DNA of 64,000 nt from an uncultured Luminiphilus sp. GTDB taxonomy: Bacteria > Pseudomonadota > Gammaproteobacteria > Pseudomonadales > Halieaceae. Location of the stretch: contig CAWUVW010000008.1 in NCBI GenBank assembly GCA_963926105.1, forward strand, positions 867 to 64,866, given 5' to 3'. How positions within the stretch are numbered: the first letter of the stretch is position 1; every line of letters begins with the position of its first letter. This document shows positions 10,757 through 21,000 of the stretch, in pieces. The notes beneath the pieces were generated by a model, which was not told where the DNA came from, searched no databases, and saw nothing but the letters and a program-made list of their open reading frames with translations. The position numbers and the translations under genes are program-made.

Positions 10757-11071
10757 TTACATCTGAAACTCAGGCAACCTCACAACGAAATCTTCCATGC
10801 TGTCTCTCATCTGCACCTGACATGCCAAACGCGAATTTTCTTCGCGGTCAGGGCGCAAGCCCAGCATGACCGACTCCTGCTCACCTATCTCAGGCATCAC
10901 TTGGTCGGTCTCTACATAACAATGGCAAGTACCACATACAGCGGCGCCACCGCAGTCAGCATCGATCCCCGGGATGTCATATTTCATAGCTGTCTGCATA
11001 ATCGATATATTATTGTCAGCATCCACCTGCTGCTCGGTACCATCGTATTGAATAAAGGTAATTACGGGCAT
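10757..11071 (-). CDS. [2Fe-2S] ferredoxin (putidaredoxin/adrenodoxin type)
   Basis: Cys motif CGGAAVCGTCHC...LACQV. I use internal Met (MPVITFIQYDG...), giving 104 aa. The 141-aa ORF-track form would leave only 14 nt to the divergent araC-type gene. Confidence 0.8.
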   Translation of the reverse strand: MPVITFIQYDGTEQQVDADNNISIMQTAMKYDIPGIDADCGGAAVCGTCHCYVETDQVMPEIGEQESVMLGLRPDREENSRLACQVQMRDSMEDFVVRLPEFQM

Positions 11072-11196
11072 TGCTTCTGACTCCTCACTTAGCCACTGAT
11101 TGTTATTACAATGGATCACTATATGCGCTCTATGCGCTGGCAACAGTTTATCAGCCGACAATAGGGTGTCATAATCCGCCAAAATTGGAATAGCTG
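11072..11196. promoter_or_regulatory. divergent control region (fdx-P450 operon / AraC regulator)
   Basis: 125-nt AT-richer spacer between divergently transcribed genes. Function is inferred from the arrangement only; no box identified. Confidence 0.3.
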
Positions 11197-12210
11197 ATGA
11201 TTACTAGTGTCTACGCCAGAGTTTTACACCGCGAACTTCGTCATCGCGGATTCACAGATCAAGATTTATTTTCCGGCACATCTTTGACCGAAGAGAGGAT
11301 CTGGACCAGTGAGCGACTCGCAAATCGTGATTTCCTGCAATTATTGAGTAACGCACGAGAGCAATTACCTGGGGAGTCGCTAGGCTTTCTCATCGCCGGC
11401 CACCAAAATCAGCCCGCGACGAGCATGATGGGGATCGCCATGTATTCTGCGCCGACCATCCGCGACGGATTACAAGCGATGGCCAGCTACTCGACACTTA
11501 CCGCGGACTATGCGCGCAGCGAACTATTCGCAGGCCCTGACACAGCAACGATTAAGCTGCATTTCGATAATCTCGCTGACTGCCACGATATTCATGTGGA
11601 ATCCGTGTTGGCGATGATTCAAGACTATATAGAAAGCGTCATGGGTAGACCTAGCTCGGCAGCTGAATTTTTTATGAGCTATGCGCCACCCGCACTCGCC
11701 GAGTGCTATCGACAGTTTCTGCACGGTGGCATCGCATTCAACGAATCTTTTGATGGCATAACATTTCCGGCAAAGTGGCTCGCCATACGCTCTCCGTTCT
11801 CAGACAAAGATCTTTGGATAATGGCCCGGAGACAGTTGGCACTGGGATTACAGGCCAAAAGTGGCGCCGACGCAGCACCTTTTTCCCAGCATTTACGGAG
11901 TTATATGCAGGCTCATGAACCGCCGCTACCCGATATTAAAACAACCGCAGGCTCGTTACATTTATCGACCCGAACGCTGAACCGGCGACTTCAAGAAGAG
12001 GGCAGTACCTTTAGACAGATACGATTAGAGGCCACTCACAAATGGGCAATGCGGCTGTTACTGGACGACTCTAACGTTGAGGCAGTTGCTTTAACCTTAG
12101 GTTATGGTGACGCCTCGAATTTTCGGCGCTCGTTCCGAGAATACACAGGGATGAGCCCAAGCAATTGGTTGAAGAATCAGCACGAACCGCTTAATCCGGC
12201 CGCGCTTTAA
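11197..12210 (+). CDS. AraC-family transcriptional regulator
   Basis: 337 aa. The C-terminal double HTH ends in LGYGDASNFRRSFREYTGMSPSNW. Divergent from the fdx-P450 pair. Confidence 0.85.
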   Translation: MITSVYARVLHRELRHRGFTDQDLFSGTSLTEERIWTSERLANRDFLQLLSNAREQLPGESLGFLIAGHQNQPATSMMGIAMYSAPTIRDGLQAMASYSTLTADYARSELFAGPDTATIKLHFDNLADCHDIHVESVLAMIQDYIESVMGRPSSAAEFFMSYAPPALAECYRQFLHGGIAFNESFDGITFPAKWLAIRSPFSDKDLWIMARRQLALGLQAKSGADAAPFSQHLRSYMQAHEPPLPDIKTTAGSLHLSTRTLNRRLQEEGSTFRQIRLEATHKWAMRLLLDDSNVEAVALTLGYGDASNFRRSFREYTGMSPSNWLKNQHEPLNPAAL

Positions 12211-12964
12211 TCCTAAACAACCGCCGTGTCCACACCGACTGTAAGAACGGATCGACTAAGCGATACAACCGTCCCGAAATCGCAATGGGTTGACTCGCCT
12301 CAACTGCTTTCAAGCCGTCGCTTACCACCACATCAGCGCCATACCAAAGCCATTTAGGCATCTTGGCTTTCATAGGGCCAAGGCCAGCAGTTTCATGGAA
12401 ATCCGTGTGTGTAAAACCCGGGCACAATGCACAGACATTGACGCCCTGATGGCTCAGCGTCAGATTGAGCTCCTCAGATAGCGCCACTAAGTAGGTTTTA
12501 CTAGGACCATAGTTACAGCCCCCTGAGCGGGGAATGCGAGCCGCCACCGAAGCAATATTAATCACACGACCAAAACCGCGATCGACCATCGCTGGAATAA
12601 AGCGGTGACAGAGTTCAGCGACCGAGGTCATCATCAACTGATAAAAATCTCGCTGCGCCTGCCAATCCCGGTCGTGCAGTAAATCGGGTCCGGCGATACC
12701 CGCATTATTAATAAGGTAATCCACGCTGATATCACGATCGAGCAATACTTGTTCAATCTCAGCGCCGGCCCCCGAATCACTGAGATCGACACTAATCCAT
12801 TCGCAGTCAACACCAAATTCAGCGCGCAGCGACTCCGCCTGCGCTTGTAAGCGGTCCTCCCTACGCGCGACCAAAACCAGTCGCAAACCTTTACCTGCAA
12901 GCTGCCGCGCAAATTCCGCGCCTAAACCCGCGGAAGCACCGGTAATTAACGCGGTGTGCGTCAC
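12191..12964 (-). CDS. short-chain dehydrogenase/reductase (SDR)
   Basis: 257 aa. Motifs TGASAGLGAEFA (TGxxxGxG), NNAG, YGPSK (YxxxK). The 3' end overlaps the convergent AraC gene by 20 nt. Confidence 0.85.
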   Translation of the reverse strand: MTHTALITGASAGLGAEFARQLAGKGLRLVLVARREDRLQAQAESLRAEFGVDCEWISVDLSDSGAGAEIEQVLLDRDISVDYLINNAGIAGPDLLHDRDWQAQRDFYQLMMTSVAELCHRFIPAMVDRGFGRVINIASVAARIPRSGGCNYGPSKTYLVALSEELNLTLSHQGVNVCALCPGFTHTDFHETAGLGPMKAKMPKWLWYGADVVVSDGLKAVEASQPIAISGRLYRLVDPFLQSVWTRRLFRIKARPD

Positions 12965-13887
12965 TCTGCCACGACCGAATAGCCCACCCGTGGGAAATGT
13001 ACATTGACACAGCCAAACTCGTCGGTCTGGCGAGCAACGATAATTCGTGTCGGCGTATAAGCGACCAATACGCCAGTAACAGGCACACGTCCGTAATCCA
13101 TCGGAGCAACGGATACAGCCGTGTTGATCAAAGCGGTGTCTTCGCTGCCTTGGGGTAAGGCGCGCGGTTCGTTTTCCCGTGCGGCGGCAAAGGCTACAAC
13201 GGCATCAAGTTCCTGACGAGCCCCAGAGCCAATCGCTGCAACACGGGAAAACCAGTCCTTGAGCTGCGGCAGGCTATCGGCAATAACTAGGCCGCCAGCT
13301 CGGCTTGCCAGCCATAAAGGATGAAATACAGCAAAATCAGCATAACTCGCTGTCTCGCCAGCCATCCAATCTCTACTGCTTAAATGCGCATCGACATCGA
13401 CCATAAATTCATCGATCAGCTTTTGCGCTGCAGCGCCCTGTGGGGGTTTGACCGTGCCGCCCTTCATCATGCCCTGCCGGTCTTTTACGAACTTGAACAT
13501 GCCGAGGGGACCAAAGCGCATGAGCAGTGTACCCATCAACTTAAGGGGTGACACTCGAGTGATTGCACAGAAAAACACATCCCCCTCACCCCGCTTCACA
13601 AGCGCATCCGCTGCCGCATCCTCAACGATGGCGGCAACGCGTGTATCTTCGGTGAACGCGGCGATCTCAGCGGCGATGATTTGTGAATCGCAAAAAATAT
13701 CGGCACCCAATTGCGCCACAGGAATCCTGCGGTACCCACCAGTCAAAGGGTCGACATTAGGACGAGGTGGCTGCACCGGCGACAACACTGAGCCCCATGC
13801 CATATTGGTTAGACCAAACATCAGACGAATTTTTTCAGCGTAAGGGGAGTCTTCGTAGTGATGCAAAATAAAGCGCGGTTTGTCCAT
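12961..13887 (-). CDS. glutathione S-transferase-like protein
   Basis: I use internal Met at 13887 (MDKPRFILHHYEDSPYAEKIRLMFGL, a GST N-terminal thioredoxin-like fold). The upstream 49 codons of the ORF track are Cys/Arg-rich and would run into the next gene. The stop overlaps the SDR start by 4 nt. Confidence 0.7.
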   Translation of the reverse strand: MDKPRFILHHYEDSPYAEKIRLMFGLTNMAWGSVLSPVQPPRPNVDPLTGGYRRIPVAQLGADIFCDSQIIAAEIAAFTEDTRVAAIVEDAAADALVKRGEGDVFFCAITRVSPLKLMGTLLMRFGPLGMFKFVKDRQGMMKGGTVKPPQGAAAQKLIDEFMVDVDAHLSSRDWMAGETASYADFAVFHPLWLASRAGGLVIADSLPQLKDWFSRVAAIGSGARQELDAVVAFAAARENEPRALPQGSEDTALINTAVSVAPMDYGRVPVTGVLVAYTPTRIIVARQTDEFGCVNVHFPRVGYSVVAE

Positions 13888-13937
13888 TATGTTTCTCCAG
13901 CAAGTTTGAACAACTAAGACCGCGCCAGCATAACCTG

Positions 13938-14381
13938 TTAAACCTGAGATTCGGTAGTGACATGTAGCCAAAGATACAGCACGTGGGCGACAACCACACC
14001 GGCCGTTAATTGAAATCTTAGCTGCGCATACCAACCCGAGGTGTCATCAAGATTGCGTTCGTACCAAAGCAACGCCAAGTAACCCAGCATCAGTAGGCCC
14101 GCAGCTATCATTACCTGTGCCGTCAATACGCTGGCCACGGCAAACACTACCACGCCATTACTGATCAACAAGCGCAGGGGCTGCTCACGGGGCGACAACA
14201 CTTTGGCGCCACCCCACAACGCACCTGATAGAAAACACAAGATACCCAGCGAATAAATGACAAAGCCCTGCACTGAGAGCGAGCGCGGATAGTCTTCAGT
14301 GAGCCAGAAGCCTAATAAAAACAGGTAGAAAGGCGCAAGACCGGCAACGCCAAGAATCCGTGCGGTTAGCTTTGCCTGCAT
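13938..14381 (-). CDS. DUF3429-like membrane protein
   Basis: 147 aa, 4-5 TM. GILCFLSGALWGGA resembles the DUF3429 pattern. Family call is tentative. Confidence 0.5.
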   Translation of the reverse strand: MQAKLTARILGVAGLAPFYLFLLGFWLTEDYPRSLSVQGFVIYSLGILCFLSGALWGGAKVLSPREQPLRLLISNGVVVFAVASVLTAQVMIAAGLLMLGYLALLWYERNLDDTSGWYAQLRFQLTAGVVVAHVLYLWLHVTTESQV

Positions 14382-15001
14382 ACAACTGCGTCGTCACTGT
14401 GTTTGACGATGGTCAGCACAATTTCGCCGACCTTCAGGCCAAACTTATACATACCTGACTGGTTGATCACCACCGAATCGCTCACCAAGTACATACGATC
14501 ATCGATCGTCAAATCAATAGCATCATCCCCATAGGGCACGCGTAAAACATACGCCATAAACAAGGCATTACCCGACCATTCGCCCGCAGACCGGCCGACG
14601 ACATCGCCGGCGGTACCAATTAATGTGTTAGCACCGCTAGGGACTAGGGTCCAAATCCGTGACTGCTGCTCGCCATCGTCAAAAACGAATTGTTCATCGA
14701 GCGTGCCAACCCCGTTTTCCCAACAGCCTTTAATATCGGCGTTGAAGTGACGAGTCACTTTGCCCGAAAAATCTTTAACTACACCATGCGCCGAAAGTTG
14801 GCCGTGGAAGTAAGTTTGAGGGTCAAAGACTGGAGTAGCATCAGCATAGTCAGTGACAGACACATTGCTACAACCCGCCAATATGAGGCTGCCGACGAAC
14901 AAGGAAGATAAACGGGGGAAAGAACCCCAGCCCAACGGGCCAGAGAATAAAAACCATCTAGTGGAAGATGGTTTACCAACCGACGTGGAGGAACGTGCCA
15001 T
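14366..15001 (-). CDS. DUF3833-family lipoprotein
   Basis: Start moved to Met at 15001 (MARSS...), with lipobox LILAGC. FHGQLSAHGVVKDFSGKVTRHFNADIKGCWENGVGTLDEQFVFDDGEQQSRIW is typical of DUF3833. It overlaps the next gene by 16 nt. Confidence 0.7.
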   Translation of the reverse strand: MARSSTSVGKPSSTRWFLFSGPLGWGSFPRLSSLFVGSLILAGCSNVSVTDYADATPVFDPQTYFHGQLSAHGVVKDFSGKVTRHFNADIKGCWENGVGTLDEQFVFDDGEQQSRIWTLVPSGANTLIGTAGDVVGRSAGEWSGNALFMAYVLRVPYGDDAIDLTIDDRMYLVSDSVVINQSGMYKFGLKVGEIVLTIVKHSDDAVVCRQS

Positions 15002-15143
15002 AGCCAAGTGCTCCTTAATGGTGGGGATTACGACGAGGTTTTTCGTGCGGATCACTCCGCGACACATTTATTCCTCTACTCTGCTCAGGCCAAGCGTTTA
15101 ACGGACAACAGTTTTGCCCGCTAAAATAGCATAGTGTCGATAC

Positions 15144-15169
15144 AAAAAAGGCGACCTCTAGAGGTCGCC
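15144..15169 (-). terminator. rho-independent terminator of the TBDR-lipoprotein operon
   Basis: On the minus strand: GGCGACCTCTAGAGGTCGCC followed by tttttt, 24 nt after the lipoprotein stop. Confidence 0.75.
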
Positions 15170-15192
15170 TGCTTGAGTATTACTAGAGTCGT

Positions 15193-17967
15193 TTACAAGG
15201 TGCCTGGTAATGTCCAGCCAGCCCACCAAGGATCGCTGCCATCGGGGTTAACCGCGCCAATAAAGGTAGTGCTGTCTAAGAAGCTGGGGTCAGCAACCGA
15301 ATCAGACAGCGCACCATTTATGGCCGTCCAGTCGATCGGATCGAGCCCCCTCGCTTCTGGTGCTTGCGAAGCAAGGATTGAATCAAGTAAAGCATCGGTA
15401 GCGATAATGGTGCCATTATCGAGATTCACGCCCGCAGTGGAGATTGACAGCGTACCGTGATTACCCACGCCAGCCGCACAATCTTGTATCCAATTATTAA
15501 GTACAAGCGCAGTTCCTACCAACGTTTCTGAATCCGCTCCGTTAACCCGGACACAGGTATCAAGTGGTGTCGTGTTGGTATCCGCAACAGTCACAACCGC
15601 GTTATGGAAGAAACCACCGGAACCCGCTTTGAAGTGTAGGATAAAGTTATCATCAGGGCTCTTTTTGTCAGCAATCACGGTCAAGTTAGCGACTGTGGGC
15701 TTTGACAAGAACTGATTTGTACCTTGAGTATCCATTTCAAAGGCTTCACCTGATCCATTGGGTGATTGCTTCACAATGATGTACTGCAGGTTGCCTTGGA
15801 AGCCTTCGTCCCAGTCAACTGAGTCATCAAGGTTATTGGTAAACACACCATGCTTGAGGTTGACCGTGCCACCGTAGTACTCAATACCGTCATCGGAGTT
15901 GCCTTCGACTTGGATGTAATCCATCTCAGTACCACGACCCACTGCAACCAGGGAGATACCATTGATTTCATTGCCCGCAGCGAATTCATAGCCACCTTCA
16001 GCGACGACTACGTAGTTGAGTACACCGCTGTTATCATCGGCATCATAGCCACCCGCAAAGCCTGACTCACCCTCTGAGTCGATGTTGCAAACGAAAAAAC
16101 CAACCTCAGGACATTCGTTATGCGGACCATATCCGTGGATGATCAAACCGCCCCACTCACCAGCGCCATCATAACCGGTGTCATCCGAGCTCATGATAAT
16201 AGGCGCAGTTTTAGTACCCTTCGCCATGATCTTGCTACCACGCGTAATCAAGAGATTGGCAAATGTGCCAGTTTTACCGAAGATTTCGACACCCGCATCA
16301 ATGGTTAGCGTCACGTCAAGTACCGAAGAACCATCTGTCAAATTTCCGTCTTCTCCCATCTCGCCATTACCATTACCTACGGTTACACGCCCTTCCATCA
16401 GATAATCGACACCGCCATTAAGGTGTAAGTCAGCAGAGATCGTCGCTGGCAGTAAGCACAAACCCGCACTGACTTCCGAGGTTGCTGCTGGGCAAGTTGC
16501 CTCAGGGATTTGCGGATTACCCACCGAACCTTCGATCGTCCAGCCCGCCCACCAAGGGTTGCTAGTCACAGGATCCACTGCACCGATGTAGTTAGTGCTG
16601 TCTAAGAACGTCGCATCAGCGACTGATTCGGGGAAAGTCGCATTAATTGCTGCCCAGTCAATCGCTTGGGCAAGTAGCGCTTCACTCGCTTGTGACGCGC
16701 CATTGGCATCCAAAGCTGCATTGACTGCAAAGATACTGCCGTTATCGAGACCTGTAACATTGGCAAGCGTACCGCGATCGCTTGCGCCAGCAGCACAATC
16801 TTGGATCCAGTTATTGATGACGAGTGCAGTCCCGACCAACGCTTCGGAATCAGCACCTGCGACATTGATGCAACGACTCAGTGGCGTGGTGTTCGTTTCG
16901 GCAACAGACACAACCGTATTGTGAAAGAAGCCACCCGAGCCCGCTTTAAAATTCAAAATAAACGCATCATCGGGGGTCTTCTTGTCAGCAACGATAGTCA
17001 CATTGGACAACGTCGGCTTAGACAAGAATAAGTCAGTGCCTTGGGTGTCCATCTCAAAAGCTTCACCCGAACCATTAGACGACTGCTTAATGAAAATGTA
17101 TTGCAGGTTCCCCTGGAAACCTTCATCCCAGTCAACTGAGTCATCCAGATTGTTAGTAAACACACCGTGCTTCAGATTGACTGTGCCGCCGTAGTATTCA
17201 ATACCATCATCGGAGTTACCTTCAACTTGGATGTAATCCATCTCGGTACCACGACCCACGGCAACCAAGGAAATACCGTTGATTTCGTTGCCAGCAGAGA
17301 ATTCATAACCGCCTTCTGCGACGACAACGTAGTTAAGCACACCACTGTTATCATTGGCGTCATAGCCACCTGCAAAGCCCGACTCGCCCTCTGAATCGAT
17401 GTTACAAACCACACCGCCTACAGCGCACTCGTTATGTGGCGCATAGCCGTGAAGAATCAAGCCGCCCCACTCGCCAGAACCATCGAAACCGTCATCGTCC
17501 GAACTAAAAATAATCGGGGCATCAGCATTACCCAAGGCCATAATCTTACTGCCACGGGTAATAACCAAATTAGCAAAAGTGCCCGTTTTACCCAGCACCT
17601 GCACGCCAGCATCGATGGTGAGTGTCACATTCTGCACCGCGGTGCCATCGGTTAGGTTGCCGTCTTCGCCCAACGCCTCGTTGCCGTTCCCTACGGTCAC
17701 GCGACCTTCCATCAGGTAGTCATTGCCTGCGACCAGACGCATGTCGGAAGAGATCGTCGCGGGTAGTGCACACAACGTTGCCGAGAGTTCAGCAGACCCA
17801 GCTGGACAGGCAGCATCCGTTTCACCGCCGTTATCAGCACCACCATTATCTGGGTTATTTATTACTGGCGCATCAATATTCAATGTCACCGTATCACCTT
17901 CTGAGCATCCCCCCAGCGCTGTCAGCACAAAAGTGGTCATCATCGCCAATGCAAACTGCTTTTCCAT
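15193..17967 (-). CDS. large surface lipoprotein, internal tandem duplication, unknown function (beta-helix-like)
   Basis: 924 aa with lipobox TALGGC. There are two colinear halves of about 430 aa each, starting CPAGSAELSATLCALPATIS / CPAATSEVSAGLCLLPATIS. Gly/Asn/Asp-rich repeats (DDGIEYYGGTVNLKHGVFTNN) suggest a parallel beta-helix. It starts 50 nt downstream of the TBDR. Confidence 0.8.
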   Translation of the reverse strand: MEKQFALAMMTTFVLTALGGCSEGDTVTLNIDAPVINNPDNGGADNGGETDAACPAGSAELSATLCALPATISSDMRLVAGNDYLMEGRVTVGNGNEALGEDGNLTDGTAVQNVTLTIDAGVQVLGKTGTFANLVITRGSKIMALGNADAPIIFSSDDDGFDGSGEWGGLILHGYAPHNECAVGGVVCNIDSEGESGFAGGYDANDNSGVLNYVVVAEGGYEFSAGNEINGISLVAVGRGTEMDYIQVEGNSDDGIEYYGGTVNLKHGVFTNNLDDSVDWDEGFQGNLQYIFIKQSSNGSGEAFEMDTQGTDLFLSKPTLSNVTIVADKKTPDDAFILNFKAGSGGFFHNTVVSVAETNTTPLSRCINVAGADSEALVGTALVINNWIQDCAAGASDRGTLANVTGLDNGSIFAVNAALDANGASQASEALLAQAIDWAAINATFPESVADATFLDSTNYIGAVDPVTSNPWWAGWTIEGSVGNPQIPEATCPAATSEVSAGLCLLPATISADLHLNGGVDYLMEGRVTVGNGNGEMGEDGNLTDGSSVLDVTLTIDAGVEIFGKTGTFANLLITRGSKIMAKGTKTAPIIMSSDDTGYDGAGEWGGLIIHGYGPHNECPEVGFFVCNIDSEGESGFAGGYDADDNSGVLNYVVVAEGGYEFAAGNEINGISLVAVGRGTEMDYIQVEGNSDDGIEYYGGTVNLKHGVFTNNLDDSVDWDEGFQGNLQYIIVKQSPNGSGEAFEMDTQGTNQFLSKPTVANLTVIADKKSPDDNFILHFKAGSGGFFHNAVVTVADTNTTPLDTCVRVNGADSETLVGTALVLNNWIQDCAAGVGNHGTLSISTAGVNLDNGTIIATDALLDSILASQAPEARGLDPIDWTAINGALSDSVADPSFLDSTTFIGAVNPDGSDPWWAGWTLPGTL
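15220..17808 (-). repeat. intragenic tandem duplication, period about 1314 nt (438 aa)
   Basis: aa 54-478 align with aa 492-916 of the lipoprotein. An approximately 80-aa block is identical bar one residue, while the DNA differs at synonymous sites. Confidence 0.85.
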
Positions 17968-18017
17968 CTTGCTACTCCCTAGTGATTTGAAAGACCCGAG
18001 TGGGTCGGCATTGCTTG

Positions 18018-21000
18018 CTAGAATTCCCAGTCGAGTCCGATCTGGAACGTAGTGCCCCTTTGATATTTCTGAAAGGTCTCACCCCCTTGCATGTACTGAA
18101 CCGCAGTGTTCAAAATGTTTTCGACCTTGGCTTTAATTGTTGCGCTGTCGGAAATGTCGTAGCGGTACACTAAATTGACATCCATACGCGGTTCGAGATA
18201 AACATCCGGCGCACCAGATACGCCGACATCTGCTATTGAGATGCCATTTTGGTTGAACAGTAATGTCAATTGATGACCGCCATCGATGTTGTCGTAACCG
18301 ATGACCAAATTAGCGGTGTAGTCGGGCTGACCCTGAAGGGCGCGCGTTGCTTGATTCCCTGCTATTACTTCAGATTCAATGAAGGCGGCGTTAAACGATA
18401 CGAAAACGGTCTGATTGTAGTCATCGGTCAAAACAAATTCTTTACGGCCCTCAATTTCAACCCCGTAAAGCTCAGCTTTTTCGGAATTCTGGAAAGTCCG
18501 CGTATTGCCAGCAGTACCTGAAGCGGGCTGCACGACACGCTCTATCGGCTTATTCATTACTTTGTAGAATGCCGCGACAGAGAGACTGTCTTGGTCGTTG
18601 AAATACCATTCCCATCGCAAGTCTGCGTTGATGATGGTCGAGACTTTCAAGAACGGATTACCCCGAACACGAATATTGAATTCATTGTCGTAGAAGGTCG
18701 CGTTAGCTGCCTCTTTAAAGTCAGGCCGCGCGACCGTTTGGGATAGCGCTAAACGCAATTGCTGTTCTTCTGAGTAGAACCAGTTAACACCGAGGCTCGG
18801 CAATAGATTGCTTTCATCGATCACCGATTGAACTGCACCGCCCTCCCCCTGAAGCGAGAAGGTATTGGTAGTCTGCTTATAATCTTCATAACGCGCGCCT
18901 GTTACTACCTGCCAAGTCGTATCCCAGGTCTGGTCGACCATGAAATAGGCGCTGTTATATTCAAGTTCAGCATCGTAGCTGTCTGATGCGAGGGTTTTAT
19001 CTACAAGCACAAAGCCTGTGTTGGGACTATTGCTGATACCACCACCATCGGCGACACAGTTTGTGGTTTCAGAAGTTTCGCCACACGCATAAATAACGTC
19101 CGACACCAACACATTGGCAGTATCCAGCAAGTCATCTCTGGACTGATTAATATTAAAACCGTAAGTGCGGCTCTCTGAATCACGCTCGCGATAAATAGCT
19201 TGCACGCCCGCCCGCAGCTTCGCAAAACTCGAACCTGAGTCGAACAAATCCCATGTCAGATCAAAGGCGCCATCAAAGTTGTTGTCGGTCAGCTCATCGT
19301 AGCGGCGCAAAATAATTCCCGGCTCCAAGAAAAAACCATCTAAGGCCAGTGGCTGATCATCATTCGTCGCACCAAAATCAAAACGCCTGCTGAGTTCATC
19401 CGCATTGGTCTGGCTACCAGCCGCTCGGAATTCGGATTCGCGACGATCGGGCGCATAACGACGTGCCTGACTAGCGGTGAACTGCCACTCTCCAAAAACC
19501 GAGCCGTCTTCATTGAGAAAATGAGAACCCAACAATTGTGTCGATAGATACTGGCGCTCTTCCCATTGAATAGTCTGGCGATACACCGTCTGGAATTCAT
19601 CGCCTTCTATGCCAACAACACGCTCTACTTGGCTCTCGGTAACTCGTGAAACAACGTTATTCCATTCGTAGGTGCTATTGCCAACATTAACGCCTACTGA
19701 GAACAAACCACTGGTTTCAATGACGTTGCTAGTCTGCTGGTAGTCAAAGTCATTCAGTAAATCGCCTGTCGGCGTATAGCTTCTGCGTATGCCGTTGTCG
19801 CGCATATTCCATTCATTGGAATAGTTCACCGCTGAATAAAAGCCCACCTCTGCATTATCAAGGTAAAACAGATCGCCGTAATCAACACCAAAGCTGACAT
19901 CAGGCGTTGTTTGCTGGGTATCCAAATCGAAGCCATCTTTAATCAGTACAGCGCCCAAACGGCGTAGCTCACCGCTGGTCGATTCCGTTAATTCGTATGT
20001 CTCGCCGGTATCTGCAGCGACAAAAGTACCCTGCGCGAGCACGTCTGCAATAGCACGGACAGCGGCATTTTCTTCACGGGAGCCATCGTCCCAACCGATC
20101 ACATCAAATGTGCCTGAAATCGGATCCACTGCAACCGTCTCGCCAGTTAAACCTGAGGTGTAGCCCAAAGACCCATACATACGTCCCGCCGCTTCATTGG
20201 GGAAAGTCTTAGTATTGATCACCAGATTACCGCCGGTGGATTCGCCGGGCATGTAAGGCAAGAAAGTCTTTTTGATATCTAGCTGGTTAACAAAATTGCT
20301 TGGAAACAAATCGAGAGGAACCGTACGCTTAGACGGATTGGTCGAGGGCATCGTGGCGTTATTCAATGTGGATGAAACGTAACGACCGCCCAACCCACGG
20401 ATAAACACGTACTTATCATCTTGAACTGAAATACCCGGCACGCGAACCACGGAGGCTGCGACATCGGAATCTGAAAATCGCGCCAGCATTTCAACGCCGA
20501 TCGTATCAACGATATTACTCGTATCTCGCTCACTGACTTCAAAGGTACCTGGATCAAAGGAAGCGATTACAAAAACCTCTTCCATGCTAGGTACGTCAAT
20601 CGAGAACCCTTGTTCCTCAGGCAGCTTCAGTAGTGCGCCACGCGTCACCCCGCCCACGACTCGAACCCGGGTAGAGATTTCACCCACTGAGACGGTATAC
20701 ATACCCCGCGGAAGTGACGTGGTTGCCTCGCCGTTAGCATTTGTATTAACTGCACCCACACCACCAGAAAAAACAACCTGTTGATTAGCGGCCGGGATAA
20801 GCCCCTTGCGCACAGTAATTGTCATGGTACCGACGGGGGCATCGCGACGATCTATAGAAGATTCAGTCTGCGGGAACACTTGAATACCGGCAGTGCCATC
20901 ATCGAGATTCACAACGACGTTGGCGAGTAAGCCACTGCCTGTGACGAATCGAGCGATCGCGGTTTTACCAGTTGGCCCTGTGATCGCGACCACATGAGCG

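Noticed and set aside
11072-11182. 37-codon N-terminal extension of the ferredoxin ORF (141-aa version)
   Set aside because: The ferredoxin fold starts at MPVITFIQ. The extension would leave only 14 nt of divergent promoter space and has no similarity to ferredoxins.
13888-14034. 49-codon N-terminal extension of the GST-like ORF
   Set aside because: It is Cys/Arg-rich, overlaps the end of the upstream DUF3429-like gene, and the GST N-terminal fold begins at the internal Met (13887).
15771-17655. Cluster of 60-110-aa ORFs on both strands inside the duplicated lipoprotein gene
   Set aside because: They recur in both halves simply because the DNA is duplicated. All are nested in the 924-aa CDS.
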